From Steroidobacteraceae bacterium (GTDB taxonomy: Bacteria > Pseudomonadota > Gammaproteobacteria > Steroidobacterales > Steroidobacteraceae): a stretch of 64,000 nt of DNA. This document shows, piece after piece, positions 9,399-19,199 of this stretch. The translations under genes and the position numbers were made by a program. The stretch spans positions 22,814 through 86,813 of the forward strand of contig JBFWQO010000003.1 of assembly GCA_050249415.1 (NCBI GenBank). The letters run 5' to 3'. Every line of letters starts with the position of its first letter. The first letter of the stretch is position 1. The notes beneath the pieces were generated by a model. That model saw only the letters and a list, made by a program, of their open reading frames with translations. It did no database searches and was not told where the DNA came from.

Positions 9399-10337
9399 AT
9401 GGGTATCGCATTCGTCTTTCCCGGCCAGGGCTCACAGTCCGTCGGCATGCTCGAGGCGCTCGCGGCGGCGAACCCTGTCGTGCGCGCCACCTTCGACGAC
9501 GCCTCCGGCGTACTCGGCTACGACCTCTGGGCGCTCGTGCAGCAAGGCCCCGCCGAGCGCCTGAACCAGACGGAATGCACGCAGCCCGCGATGCTCGCCG
9601 CCGGCTACGCGACGTACCGCGTCTGGCAGGCGCAAGGGGGGCGCACGCCCGACGCCGTATCGGGCCACAGCCTCGGGGAATTCACCGCGCTGGTGGTCGC
9701 CGGCGCGCTCGACTTCGCGACGGCCATCGAACTCGTGCAGGTCCGGGGCCGCGCGATGCAGGAATCGGTGCCCGTCGGCGTGGGAGCGATCGCCGCGGTG
9801 CTGGGCCTCGACGATGCCGCGATCGAAGCCGCCTGCCGCGAAGCCGCCCAGGGCGAGGTCGTCGAGCCGGTCAATTACAACTCGCCGGGGCAGATCGTGA
9901 TCGCGGGCCACGCCACCGCGGTCGCACGCGCCATCGAGGCGGCCAAGGCGCGCGGCGCCAAGCGCGCCGTGCCCCTGCCGATGAGCGTGCCGTCGCACAG
10001 CAGCCTCATGCGGCCCGCGGCCGCGCGCCTGGGTGAGCGCCTCGCGGGCGCGAGCATCGCGGCGCCGCGCATTCCTTACTACAGCGCGGTCGATGCGAAG
10101 GCTCACGACGAGCCGGATGACATTCGTGCCAATCTCGTCACGCAGGCGGCGAGCCCGGTCCGCTGGACCGCCACGGTCGTCGCGCTGCTCGACGCCGGCT
10201 ACACGACCATGGTCGAATGCGGCCCCGGCAAGGTGCTGACGAGCCTCAACCGCCGCATCGACAAGCGGCCGGGCACGTCGTTCCTCGCGCTCGAGGATCC
10301 GGCTTCGATCGATGCGGCCCGCGCCGCGATGCAGTGA
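9399..10337 (+). CDS. fabD: Malonyl-CoA:ACP transacylase
   Basis: MGIAFVFPGQGSQSVGML... and the GHSLGEF active-site motif. fab cluster synteny. Start trimmed to the ATG at 9399. Confidence 0.95.
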   Translation: MGIAFVFPGQGSQSVGMLEALAAANPVVRATFDDASGVLGYDLWALVQQGPAERLNQTECTQPAMLAAGYATYRVWQAQGGRTPDAVSGHSLGEFTALVVAGALDFATAIELVQVRGRAMQESVPVGVGAIAAVLGLDDAAIEAACREAAQGEVVEPVNYNSPGQIVIAGHATAVARAIEAAKARGAKRAVPLPMSVPSHSSLMRPAAARLGERLAGASIAAPRIPYYSAVDAKAHDEPDDIRANLVTQAASPVRWTATVVALLDAGYTTMVECGPGKVLTSLNRRIDKRPGTSFLALEDPASIDAARAAMQ

Positions 10338-10340
10338 GGA

Positions 10341-11087
10341 ATGGGCATGTTCGACAATGACCTTGCGCTCGTGACGGGCGCCTCGCGGGGCATCGGCCGC
10401 GCGATTGCCGCGGCCCTCGGTGCCGCGGGAGCGACCGTGATCGGCACTTCGACGAGCGCGGAAGGCGCCGCGAAGCTCGGGGCCGAGCTCGCTGCCGACG
10501 GCCAGCGGGGCCGCGGCGCCGTACTCGACGTGGGAGACGCGTCGTCGATCGACACGCTGCTCGCCGACCTCGAGGGCCGGGGCGAGTTGCCGACGATCCT
10601 CGTCAACAACGCCGCCATTACGCGCGACACCCTGCTGCTGCGCATGAAGCAGGACGATTGGGATCGCGTGATCGCGACCAATCTCACGTCGGTGTTCCGC
10701 CTGAGCAAGGCGTGCCTCAAGCGGATGATGAAGGAGCGCCGCGGCCGGATCGTGAACCTGACCTCGATCGTGGCGCTCACCGGCAACCCGGGGCAGGCGA
10801 ACTATTCGGCGGCCAAGGCGGGGTTGCTCGGCTTCACGAAGTCGCTCGCGAAAGAGGTGGCGAGCCGCGGCATCACCGTCAATGCGGTGGCACCGGGCTT
10901 CATCGACACGGACATGACCCGTGTGCTGAACGACGAGCAGCGTGGGGCGCTGCTGTCACAGATCCCGATGGCGCGCCTCGGCGCGCCCGCGGACATCGCC
11001 GCGGCCGTCGCGTTCCTGTGCTCTCCCGCAGCGGGCTATATCACCGGGGAAACCCTGCACGTCAACGGCGGCATGTACATGCCGTGA
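10341..11087 (+). CDS. fabG: 3-oxoacyl-ACP reductase
   Basis: SDR motifs: TGASRGIGRAIA, NNAAI, YSAAKAG. 248 aa. Lies between fabD and acpP. Confidence 0.95.
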   Translation: MGMFDNDLALVTGASRGIGRAIAAALGAAGATVIGTSTSAEGAAKLGAELAADGQRGRGAVLDVGDASSIDTLLADLEGRGELPTILVNNAAITRDTLLLRMKQDDWDRVIATNLTSVFRLSKACLKRMMKERRGRIVNLTSIVALTGNPGQANYSAAKAGLLGFTKSLAKEVASRGITVNAVAPGFIDTDMTRVLNDEQRGALLSQIPMARLGAPADIAAAVAFLCSPAAGYITGETLHVNGGMYMP

Positions 11088-11260
11088 CGCGCCGGCGCCA
11101 CCGGTAAATTGGCCGGGAAAACGGCTTTTGTGTGCAAAAACAGGGGGCTGGCAGGTAATGCAGGTGGCGACGTGAGGGGTGTTCCCCTACAATACCGCGC
11201 CCGCTACGGCCGGCTTTGCCACGGCCCATACCAAAGATAAGTCACGAGGACACTACACAG

Positions 11261-11500
11261 ATGAGTACTGTTGAACAGCAAGTGAAAGCCATTGTCGCCG
11301 AGCAACTGGGCGTCAAGGCGGAACAGGTGACGAGCGAGGCCTCGTTCGTCGACGACCTGGGCGCCGACTCGCTGGACACGGTCGAACTGGTCATGGCGCT
11401 CGAAGAGGAATTCGAGATCGAAATTCCGGACGAAGACGCCGAGAAGATCACCACGGTTCAGCAGGCCATCGACTACATCAACGAGCGCCGCAAAGCGTGA
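11261..11500 (+). CDS. acpP: Acyl carrier protein
   Basis: [18 protein letters not shown]...[20 protein letters not shown], including the phosphopantetheine Ser in DSLD. 79 aa after trimming. Confidence 0.97.
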   Translation: MSTVEQQVKAIVAEQLGVKAEQVTSEASFVDDLGADSLDTVELVMALEEEFEIEIPDEDAEKITTVQQAIDYINERRKA

Positions 11501-11507
11501 GGCTCGC

Positions 11508-11527
11508 GGCGCCGGTACGCCGGCGCC
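11508..11527 (+). terminator. GC hairpin just downstream of acpP; possible attenuator or partial terminator before fabF
   Basis: GGCGCCGG-TACG-CCGGCGCC: an 8-bp perfect stem with a 4-nt loop, 8 nt after the acpP stop. No clear U-tract. Confidence 0.35.
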
Positions 11528-11551
11528 ATTCCTTCCCATTCGCCGCACGAG

Positions 11552-12814
11552 GTGCGAAAGGTCCGCGTGGGTAATCGGCGCGTCGTCGTAACCGGAATCG
11601 GCATCGTTTCCCCTGTCGGGAGCACCCTCGAGACCGCGTGGTCCGCCGTGACCGCCGGCGAGAGCGGCATCTCGCCGATCACGACATTCGACGTCTCGGC
11701 TTTCGCGACCCGTTTCGCGGGCGCCGTGCGCGGCTTCGAGGTCGCGCAGTATCTCGCGCCGAAAGAGGCGCGGCGCATGGATCCGTTCATGCACTACGGC
11801 GTCGCGGCCGGCGTACAGGCCGTCGGCGACGCCGGGATCGATTTCACGAAGGAAGACCCGACGCGCAGCGGCGTGATCATGGGCTCTGGCATCGGCGGTC
11901 TCGAAGGCATGGAGCGCGAGATCGGCACCTGGGCCACGACGAAGAATCCGCGCAAGATCTCGCCGTTCTACATCCCGGGCACGATCATCAACATGATCGC
12001 CGGGCACCTGTCGATCCGTTACGGCATCAACGGCCCCAACCTCGCGGTGGTGTCGGCCTGCACGAGTTCGACGCACGCGATCGGCCTTGCGATGCGGCTC
12101 ATCCAGCATGGGGACGCCGACATCATGATCGCAGGCGGCGCCGAGCACGCGAGCACGCCCACCGCGCTCGCCGGTTTCAGCCAGGCGAAGGCGCTGTCCG
12201 AGCGCAACGACGCCCCGGAGAAGGCGAGCCGCCCCTGGGACCGGGACCGCGACGGCTTCGTGATGGGCGACGGCGGCGGCGCGATGATCGTCGAAGAGCT
12301 CGGGCACGCGAAGGCGCGCGGTGCGCGGATCTACGCGGAACTCATCGGCTTCGGCATGAGCGGCGACGCCTTTCACATCACCGCGCCACCCGACGACGGC
12401 AACGGCGCGCGCATCGCGATGGTCAACGCGATGCGGGACGCGGGCGTCGCCCCCGAGGGCGTGCAATACCTGAATGCGCACGCCACCTCGACCCCGCTCG
12501 GCGATGTCGCCGAAACGATCGCGATCAAGAGCGCATTCGGCCCGGCGGCCGGCAAGCTCGCCGTGAGCTCGACCAAATCGATGACCGGCCATCTGCTCGG
12601 TGCCGCGGGCGTGGTCGAAGGCATTTTTTCGGTGCTCGCGATCCGCGACGGCATCGCCCCGCCGACGATCAACCTCGATAACCCGGACCCGACCTGCGAC
12701 CTCGATTACGTGCCGAACGCGGCACGCCGCATGCCGATCGAGGTCGCCATGTCCAATTCGTTCGGTTTTGGCGGCACGAACGGGACCGTCGTCTTCCGCC
12801 GCTTCCGGGACTGA
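11552..12814 (+). CDS. fabF: 3-oxoacyl-ACP synthase II
   Basis: GTG start. RRVVVTGIGIVSPVG, active-site ACTSS, HATSTPLGD, and GFGGTN near the C-terminus. Confidence 0.95.
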   Translation: MRKVRVGNRRVVVTGIGIVSPVGSTLETAWSAVTAGESGISPITTFDVSAFATRFAGAVRGFEVAQYLAPKEARRMDPFMHYGVAAGVQAVGDAGIDFTKEDPTRSGVIMGSGIGGLEGMEREIGTWATTKNPRKISPFYIPGTIINMIAGHLSIRYGINGPNLAVVSACTSSTHAIGLAMRLIQHGDADIMIAGGAEHASTPTALAGFSQAKALSERNDAPEKASRPWDRDRDGFVMGDGGGAMIVEELGHAKARGARIYAELIGFGMSGDAFHITAPPDDGNGARIAMVNAMRDAGVAPEGVQYLNAHATSTPLGDVAETIAIKSAFGPAAGKLAVSSTKSMTGHLLGAAGVVEGIFSVLAIRDGIAPPTINLDNPDPTCDLDYVPNAARRMPIEVAMSNSFGFGGTNGTVVFRRFRD

Positions 12815-12831
12815 GTCGCACCGCGGCCGCC

Positions 12832-14256
12832 ATGACCGCGCCCGGGTCGCATCGCCGGCTCGACCTGCCACCCGCCGCACTCCGCCATCTCGTCGCGGTT
12901 CGCCCCGACTTCTTTCCGGTGCTGTTCGACAGCGCGGCCTCGGCCGGCGGCGGGACCCGACGCACCCGTACGATGCTGGCGGCGGCACCACTCGGCCTGC
13001 TCGCGTTGACGCGCGACCGGCGACTCGTCACATCCGGCGAAGCGCCGACGCCGAAGCCGGTGCACGGGCGGGGCGAGACAGGCGGATTCTTCGGCGCGCT
13101 CGATGCCTGGTGGCGCGACGCACGTGCACGGGGACCGGCCACGCAGGGCCTGGCCGGTGGCTGGGTCGTCTACCTCGGGTACGAACTGGCGTGCGAAATC
13201 GAGCCTTCGCTGCGGCTGCCGCCGGGCCGGCTGCCCTGGCGCGCGCTCGCGCTGCGCGTGGCGGGCGCACTCGTGCACGATCACGCGGCCGGCACGGTCG
13301 ACCTCGAGGTCGCGCCCGGCGACGAGGCCCGCCTCGACGGGATCGAGCGGGAAGTCGCCGCATCACTCGCCGGGATGTCCACGGGAACGGCATCGATCGC
13401 AGCATCGCCGCGCATCGAGCCCCGAATCGATCCCCAGGTCGAAGAGGAGCCCGCCGGGCGCTTTCTCGAGCGTGTGGCACGCGCCCAGGACCATATCCGC
13501 GCGGGCGACATCTACCAGGCGAACCTGTCGCGCTGGTGGCGCGCCGCCTGCACGGCGCATGCGACCGCGCCGCTCTACGAGCGCCTGCGCGACGCCAATC
13601 CCGCGCCGTTCGCCGCCTATGCGCGCTTCGAGGGCATGGACCTGCTCAGTTCCTCGCCCGAGCGGCTGCTCGAGACCCGCGGGCGCGAGGCGAGCACGCG
13701 CCCGATCGCGGGCACCCGGCCAAGAAGCCTCCGGCCCGGCGAAGATGCACGCGAAACCGCAGGGCTCGCGGCGCATCCGAAGGAGCGCGCCGAACACGTG
13801 ATGCTGATCGATCTCGAGCGCAACGACCTCGGCCGCGTCTGCGAGGCCGGCAGCGTGCGGGTCGACGAGTACATGGCCGTCGAGACGTACGCGCACGTGC
13901 ATCACATCGTCTCGAACGTGCGCGGCACCTTGCGGCCCGGCGTGACGCCCATCGACGCATTGCGCGCCGTGTTTCCGGGCGGCACGATCACCGGCGTGCC
14001 CAAGGTGCGCTGCATGCAGATCATCGCGGAACTCGAAGGGGAGGGTCGCGACGCATACACGGGTTCACTCGGCTGGCTCTCGGTCGCCGGCGACGCCGAC
14101 TTCAATATCCTGATCCGCACGCTGACTGTCGCGGGCGGCCTGCTCGAGGTGCGGGCGGGCGCAGGCATCGTCGCGGATTCGAATCCCGCGCGCGAGCTCG
14201 AGGAAACGCGCGCCAAGGCGCGCGGCCTGCTCGCCGCGCTCGGTGCGCGCGCGTGA
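12832..14256 (+). CDS. pabB: Aminodeoxychorismate synthase component I (anthranilate synthase component I family)
   Basis: Chorismate-binding domain motifs: IRAGDIYQANLS, SSSPERLL, PIAGTRPR, AEHVMLIDLERNDLGRV, GGTITGVPK, YTGSLGW. Immediately precedes pabC. Confidence 0.85.
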   Translation: MTAPGSHRRLDLPPAALRHLVAVRPDFFPVLFDSAASAGGGTRRTRTMLAAAPLGLLALTRDRRLVTSGEAPTPKPVHGRGETGGFFGALDAWWRDARARGPATQGLAGGWVVYLGYELACEIEPSLRLPPGRLPWRALALRVAGALVHDHAAGTVDLEVAPGDEARLDGIEREVAASLAGMSTGTASIAASPRIEPRIDPQVEEEPAGRFLERVARAQDHIRAGDIYQANLSRWWRAACTAHATAPLYERLRDANPAPFAAYARFEGMDLLSSSPERLLETRGREASTRPIAGTRPRSLRPGEDARETAGLAAHPKERAEHVMLIDLERNDLGRVCEAGSVRVDEYMAVETYAHVHHIVSNVRGTLRPGVTPIDALRAVFPGGTITGVPKVRCMQIIAELEGEGRDAYTGSLGWLSVAGDADFNILIRTLTVAGGLLEVRAGAGIVADSNPARELEETRAKARGLLAALGARA

Positions 14257-15086
14257 TGCTCGCGTCATGGGTGCAGGGTGAACCGGCGCAGTCGATCCCG
14301 CTCGATGATCGCGGCCTGCAGTATGGCGACGGGCTCTTCGAGACGATCGGCGCGAGCGGCGGGCGGGTACGCTTTCTCGGCGCGCATCTCGCGCGACTCG
14401 CGAGGGGTTGCGCGGCGCTCGCCATTGCGGCGCCGGACGAGACGCTCCTGGCGCGCGAGATCGCGCGCGCGGCGGCGCTTGCGCCCCACGTGATCGTCAA
14501 GGTGATCGTGACACGCGGGCGGGCGATCGCGCGCGGCTATGCGTACACCGGCACCGAGACACCGACGCGCATCGTTGCGGCCTGGCCGTGGCCCGAAGGG
14601 CCGCACGCGGCGCGGGACCCGGCCACGATCGCGCTGGCAGGAGGCGCGGCCGGCCCGCCTCTCCTCGCCGGTGTCAAGCATCTCAACCGGCTCGGGCAGG
14701 TGCTGGCGCGCGAAGAGGCGCGGCAACGCGGGCTCGACGAAGTCATACTCGCGGACAGGGACGGCCGCATCATCGGAGGCGCCATGACCAACCTGTTCCT
14801 GTGCCGCGACGGGCAGCTCGCGACGCCGCCGGCGACACACTGTGCCGTCGTCGGCGTGATGCGTGGGCAGGTGCTCGGGGCGGCGGCACGTCTGGGCCTC
14901 GCGACGGGCGAGCGCCACGTGACCGTCCAGGAACTCGGCCGCGCCGACGCGATATGGCTGACGAACGTGCGTGTCGGGCTCTGGCCGGTCGGGATCTGCG
15001 AAGGGCAGGCGCTGGCCGCCCACGCCTGGACGCAGCCCTTGCGGCAGGCGATCGAAGCCGAGGCGCGCGAGGCGCGACTTGCGTAG
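14256..15086 (+). CDS. pabC: Aminodeoxychorismate lyase (class IV aminotransferase fold)
   Basis: ATG overlaps the pabB TGA (ATGA-type overlap). DRGLQYGDGLFETI..., GVKHLNR. This is the last 277 codons of the artefactual 828-aa ORF 12600..15086. Confidence 0.85.
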   Translation: MLASWVQGEPAQSIPLDDRGLQYGDGLFETIGASGGRVRFLGAHLARLARGCAALAIAAPDETLLAREIARAAALAPHVIVKVIVTRGRAIARGYAYTGTETPTRIVAAWPWPEGPHAARDPATIALAGGAAGPPLLAGVKHLNRLGQVLAREEARQRGLDEVILADRDGRIIGGAMTNLFLCRDGQLATPPATHCAVVGVMRGQVLGAAARLGLATGERHVTVQELGRADAIWLTNVRVGLWPVGICEGQALAAHAWTQPLRQAIEAEAREARLA

Positions 15087-16104
15087 TCGACGCACCGCCC
15101 TGGTCCTGCTCGTGATGCTCGCCGGCCTCGGCGTGGCGGCGGCCATCGGCGGCTATTGGTGGCTCGATCGCGCGATGGGCGAGCCCGGCCCGCACGCGTC
15201 GGTCGTGCGCATCCACGTCTACCCGGGGCGCAGCCTGCGGGCGACCTTGCACGCCATCGCGGCCGCCGGGGCGCTGCGCGAGCCTCGCGCGGTCGAATGG
15301 TACGTGCGGCTCACGGGTCAGCACATCGCCGCGAAGGCAGGCAACTACGACCTGCCGGCGCACGCGACGCCCCGGGAAATCCTCGGGCAGCTCGACGCCG
15401 GGCGCGTGGTGCTCGAGCAGCTGACGATCGTCGAGGGCTGGACATTCGCCGAGATGCGCGCGGCGGTCGACGCCCACCCGTACCTGAAGCACACGCTGAG
15501 GGGGGCCACCACCGGCGCGCTCATGAAAGCGATCGGCCACGACGGGGAGCACCCGGAAGGCCGCTTCTTTCCCGACACGTACCGCTTCGCCGACGGCACG
15601 ACCGATGCCGAGATCTACCGCCTCGCCCATGACACCCTCGCGCGCACGCTCGCCGCCGCATGGGCGGCGCGCAGCCCGGACCTGCCGCTGCGCACGGCCG
15701 ACGACGCGCTGATCCTCGCCTCGATCGTCGAGAAGGAAACGGCGCTCGCGAGCGAGCGCCGCATCATCGCCGGCGTGTTCACGACCCGCCTGCGCAGGGG
15801 CATGCGGCTGCAGACCGACCCGACCGTGATTTACGGGCTCGGTACCCGCTATGACGGCGACATTCGCCGTCGCGACCTGACCACCGATACGCCATATAAC
15901 ACGTATACGCGCGCGGGATTGCCGCCGACGCCGATCGCATTGCCGGGCCGCGAGTCGCTGTACGCGGCCGTGCAGCCCGACGAGACCGGGGCGCTGTTTT
16001 TCGTCGCGAGCGGCGAGGGCGACGGATCGCACGTGTTCTCGAAAACGCTCGAGGCGCACAACGCGGCCGTCGCGCGCTACCTCGCGCGGCTCAGGGCAAA
16101 ATGA
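15079..16104 (+). CDS. mltG: Endolytic murein transglycosylase MltG (YceG family)
   Basis: N-terminal TM (LVLLVMLAGLGVAAAIGGYWW) and YceG motifs (ILASIVEKET, QTDPTVIYG, YNTYTRAGLPPTPIALPG). A TTG at 15079 is the proposed start. The track ORF starts at 14971, inside pabC. Confidence 0.85.
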   Translation: MRSRRTALVLLVMLAGLGVAAAIGGYWWLDRAMGEPGPHASVVRIHVYPGRSLRATLHAIAAAGALREPRAVEWYVRLTGQHIAAKAGNYDLPAHATPREILGQLDAGRVVLEQLTIVEGWTFAEMRAAVDAHPYLKHTLRGATTGALMKAIGHDGEHPEGRFFPDTYRFADGTTDAEIYRLAHDTLARTLAAAWAARSPDLPLRTADDALILASIVEKETALASERRIIAGVFTTRLRRGMRLQTDPTVIYGLGTRYDGDIRRRDLTTDTPYNTYTRAGLPPTPIALPGRESLYAAVQPDETGALFFVASGEGDGSHVFSKTLEAHNAAVARYLARLRAK

Positions 16105-16108
16105 CCCG

Positions 16109-16732
16109 ATGACACGCGGACACTTCATTACGCTCGAAGGCATCGAGGGGGCGGGCAAATCGACCGTCGCGGCGCACTTGAGCGCGCACCTGCAGGCGCG
16201 CGGCGTGGTCGTGCACGCAACCCGCGAGCCCGGCGGCACGCCACTCGCCGAGCGGATCCGCGCGCTGGTGCTCGACCGCGGCGATGAGCACATCGCACCG
16301 GAGGCGGAAGTCCTGCTGATGTTTGCGGCGCGCCGCCTCCATGTCGACAACCTGATCCGTCCCGCGCTCGAACGCGGCGAATGGGTGCTTTGCGACCGCT
16401 TCACCGATGCGACCCGGGCCTACCAGGGCGCGGGCCGCGGCGTGGCACCCGCGCTGATCGACTTGCTGGCGCAGGCGGTCCATGCCGACTTCGAACCCGA
16501 CCTCACGCTCTACCTCGACGTCCCCGTCGCGCTCGGGCTGTCGCGCGCCGCGGCGCGACGCGGCACGACCGACCGCTTCGAGGCCGAGGGCGTGGCGTTC
16601 TTCGAGCGGGTGCGCAACCGGTACCTCGAGATCGCGCGCGAGGCGCGCGTCGTGCACATCGATGCCACCCGGCCGCTCGCCGCGGTGGTCTCGGCCGCCG
16701 TCGAGGCCGTCGAGTCGCGGTGGCCCGCGTGA
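16109..16732 (+). CDS. tmk: Thymidylate kinase
   Basis: FITLEGIEGAGKST P-loop, DRF, 207 aa. Synteny mltG-tmk-holB. Confidence 0.95.
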   Translation: MTRGHFITLEGIEGAGKSTVAAHLSAHLQARGVVVHATREPGGTPLAERIRALVLDRGDEHIAPEAEVLLMFAARRLHVDNLIRPALERGEWVLCDRFTDATRAYQGAGRGVAPALIDLLAQAVHADFEPDLTLYLDVPVALGLSRAAARRGTTDRFEAEGVAFFERVRNRYLEIAREARVVHIDATRPLAAVVSAAVEAVESRWPA

Positions 16733-17643
16733 TCGCGGCCCCCGCTTGCCCCTGGCTCGAGCCTGCCATGGAAGCGCTGCGCAAGGCGTACCAGGCCGAT
16801 CGCATGAGCCACGCACTGCTGATTCACGCGGACCCGGGCTGCGGTGGAGAGCTGCTCGCCACCTGGGTCGCACAGCTGCTGCTCTGCCACGGCGAGCCTG
16901 CGCCCTGCAACGCGTGTGTCGACTGTCGTCACTGTGCGGCGGGCCAGCACCCCGACCTTTTCATCGTGCAGCCGACCGGGGATTCGAAGCAGATCCGGGT
17001 CGACGACGTACGCGCATTCGTGGCGGACCTCGCGCTGACGAGCCATGGGGGCGGCTATCGCATCGGTATCGTCGCGCCCGCGGATGTCCTGAACGCCGCC
17101 GCCGCGAACGCACTGCTGAAGACCCTCGAAGAACCGCCACCCCGCACACTGATCGTGCTCGTGGGCGCCACGCCCTCACGCCTGCCGGCGACGATCCGCA
17201 GCCGCTGCCTGCGCCTCAGGGTCACGGCACCCGGCGCCGCCGCGACGCAGGCCTGGCTCGCGGGACAGGGCCGGACAGGCGACCTCGAGGCTGCCATCGA
17301 CGTGCTCGGTGATGCGCCGCTCAACCTGCTCGATGCCGATGTCGCGGCCGTCGCGCGCCTGCGCGCCGACACGGCGCGCGCGCTCCTGGAGGTGGAGCGC
17401 GGCGGCGCCGAGCCCGCCGCGCTCGCGGAGCGCTGGTCGCGCGAGGAGCATGCGCTGCGCCTCGCCTGCATCGAAGCGTGGATCAACGCGCGAATTCGCT
17501 TGTCAGCCAGTGCGGCAACCGGGAATATAGCGCGGCCGTTCGGGCTGCTCGACTCGGTGCGCGAGCTGCGGCGCGAGATCGATGCACCGCTCAACAAATC
17601 GGTGGCCCTCGAACGATGGCTCTGGCAGCTTGGAGGCGGCTGA
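16729..17643 (+). CDS. holB: DNA polymerase III delta-prime subunit
   Basis: A GTG overlapping the tmk stop is proposed as start (ATG alternative at 16768). HALLIHADPGCGG, CxxCxxC zinc module (CNACVDCRHC), NALLKTLEEPP, SRC. The upstream part of ORF 16381..17643 overlaps tmk and is discounted. Confidence 0.85.
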   Translation: MIAAPACPWLEPAMEALRKAYQADRMSHALLIHADPGCGGELLATWVAQLLLCHGEPAPCNACVDCRHCAAGQHPDLFIVQPTGDSKQIRVDDVRAFVADLALTSHGGGYRIGIVAPADVLNAAAANALLKTLEEPPPRTLIVLVGATPSRLPATIRSRCLRLRVTAPGAAATQAWLAGQGRTGDLEAAIDVLGDAPLNLLDADVAAVARLRADTARALLEVERGGAEPAALAERWSREEHALRLACIEAWINARIRLSASAATGNIARPFGLLDSVRELRREIDAPLNKSVALERWLWQLGGG

Positions 17644-17649
17644 GATTCG

Positions 17650-18012
17650 ATGAAGGACCCGACATCGCGCACCGGCAACAAGCCCGGTCTGCTCACCCTC
17701 ACGATCAAGGACAAGAGCGCGCTGTATCTCGCGTACATGCCGTTCGTGAAGAACGGCGGACTGTTCATTCCGACGAACAGCAACTATCGCCTCGGCGACG
17801 AAGTGTTCATGCTCCTCAACCTGATGGGTGAAGACGAGAAGCTGCCGGTGGCCGGCCGCGTGATCTGGGTGACCCCGAAAGGCGCGCAGGGCAAGCGCAC
17901 CGCGGGCATCGGCGTGCAGTTCAGCGACCAGGATCGCGGGCAGACCCAGAAAAAGATCGAGACCTATCTCGCCGGGGCGCTTTCCGGCGACAAGGCCACC
18001 CACACGATGTAG
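17650..18012 (+). CDS. pilZ: PilZ domain protein of the type IV pilus-assembly PilZ type
   Basis: 120 aa. LTLTIKDKSALYLAYMPFVKNGGLFIPT...GRVIWVTPKGAQGKRTAGIGVQF. tmk-holB-pilZ gene order as in Pseudomonas and Xanthomonas. Confidence 0.85.
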   Translation: MKDPTSRTGNKPGLLTLTIKDKSALYLAYMPFVKNGGLFIPTNSNYRLGDEVFMLLNLMGEDEKLPVAGRVIWVTPKGAQGKRTAGIGVQFSDQDRGQTQKKIETYLAGALSGDKATHTM

Positions 18013-18020
18013 CCCGGGTA

Positions 18021-19100
18021 TCAGCCTGTACGGCGCAGGCCGAGGTCGGTCGAAGTAAGGCCGTCTTTCAGTACGTAGGCGTCGAAGCCGCGCTCGACCA
18101 GGATGAACGCCGCGGCCGAGCTGCGCCGGCCCGTGTCGCAGCACACCACATATTTCGTGCCGCGATCGAGCGTGCCGAGCTTCATGCGGATGAAGTAGAG
18201 CGGGATGTTGATCGAATCCTCGATCTTGAGGTTCTGGTACTCGGACGGCAGGCGTACATCGAGCCACCGGCCGCCCTTGGCGACGATCTCGCGGGCCTGC
18301 TCGTCGGTGACCCACTGCAGCAGCGGCTCGTTCATCAGCTCGCGGAAGTCCTGCTTGTTGAGCCGCATCAGCACACCGTCGGTGAGCATCGTGACGGTCG
18401 CGTTGCGCTTCGCCTCGGCGATCAGCGCCTCCTCGCCGAAGGTGTCGCCGACGCCGAGTTCGGCCAGCTTGATGCCGTCCTTGTTGAGCGGCGTCTCGCG
18501 CGTGACCTGGCAGCGGCCCTTGACGATCGCGTAGAAGAAGTCGCCTTCCTCACCCTGCTTGATGACGACTTCGCCGGCCCGGTAGGCCTGGCGCTGCATC
18601 CGGATGAAGATCGCCTGGATGTTGGCAGGCGGAATGCGATGAAACGACTTGGTCGACAGCAGGGTCGTCATCCAGTCGTCCGCGTTGCCCCCGCCCTCGA
18701 GATCCGCCTGCAGCTCCGACACTTCGTAGCTGCCGGTCTGGTCCCACGTGATCATCACGTCGAGCAGTTCGCTGTCGATCGACAGGTACTCGATCTGGTC
18801 GACCGCGCGCGCCGTGTACTTGCGGGGCTGCCCCGGCGTGATCGGGTTGCGGGCTTCGGGCGTGCCGGCCTTGATCATCGCGGCGGTACGGTCGCCCGCA
18901 CGCAGCTCGACCATGCCCTTGACGAGCCAGAACGTGCGCTTGTCCGACTCGCCTTCCTTGAAGAGCACGCGCCCCGAGTCCATCGTGCGCACGGTGATCT
19001 TCTTCGCGAGCGCGTGCAGATTCTCGGCCTTCATGCCCTCGAGGGGTGCGAAGGTCTTGAGCAGTGGTACTGTGGCAGGGCGGCCCTGATCCTGAGACAT
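18021..19100 (-). CDS. Tandem cyclic-nucleotide-binding domains fused to a C-terminal rhodanese domain
   Basis: The second cNMP domain has FGEEALI...KRNATVT. The rhodanese part has WLDVRLPSEY and the active-site loop CCDTGRRSS. Confidence 0.75.
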   Translation of the reverse strand: MSQDQGRPATVPLLKTFAPLEGMKAENLHALAKKITVRTMDSGRVLFKEGESDKRTFWLVKGMVELRAGDRTAAMIKAGTPEARNPITPGQPRKYTARAVDQIEYLSIDSELLDVMITWDQTGSYEVSELQADLEGGGNADDWMTTLLSTKSFHRIPPANIQAIFIRMQRQAYRAGEVVIKQGEEGDFFYAIVKGRCQVTRETPLNKDGIKLAELGVGDTFGEEALIAEAKRNATVTMLTDGVLMRLNKQDFRELMNEPLLQWVTDEQAREIVAKGGRWLDVRLPSEYQNLKIEDSINIPLYFIRMKLGTLDRGTKYVVCCDTGRRSSAAAFILVERGFDAYVLKDGLTSTDLGLRRTG

Positions 19101-19199
19101 CGACCTCTCGTCCGCGGCACATTATGGTGCGTCGCAATCAGGAGAATCCTAGCACAGTGACTCCCGTGCACCGGTACGCAGTTCACGCCTTGCGGCCGG

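Noticed and set aside
12600-15086. 828-aa ORF that would span the fabF 3' end, all of pabB and pabC.
   Set aside because: Only the last 277 codons (from the ATG at 14256) look like a real protein (PabC). The upstream part is an alternative frame of pabB with low-complexity Arg/Pro/Ala sequence.
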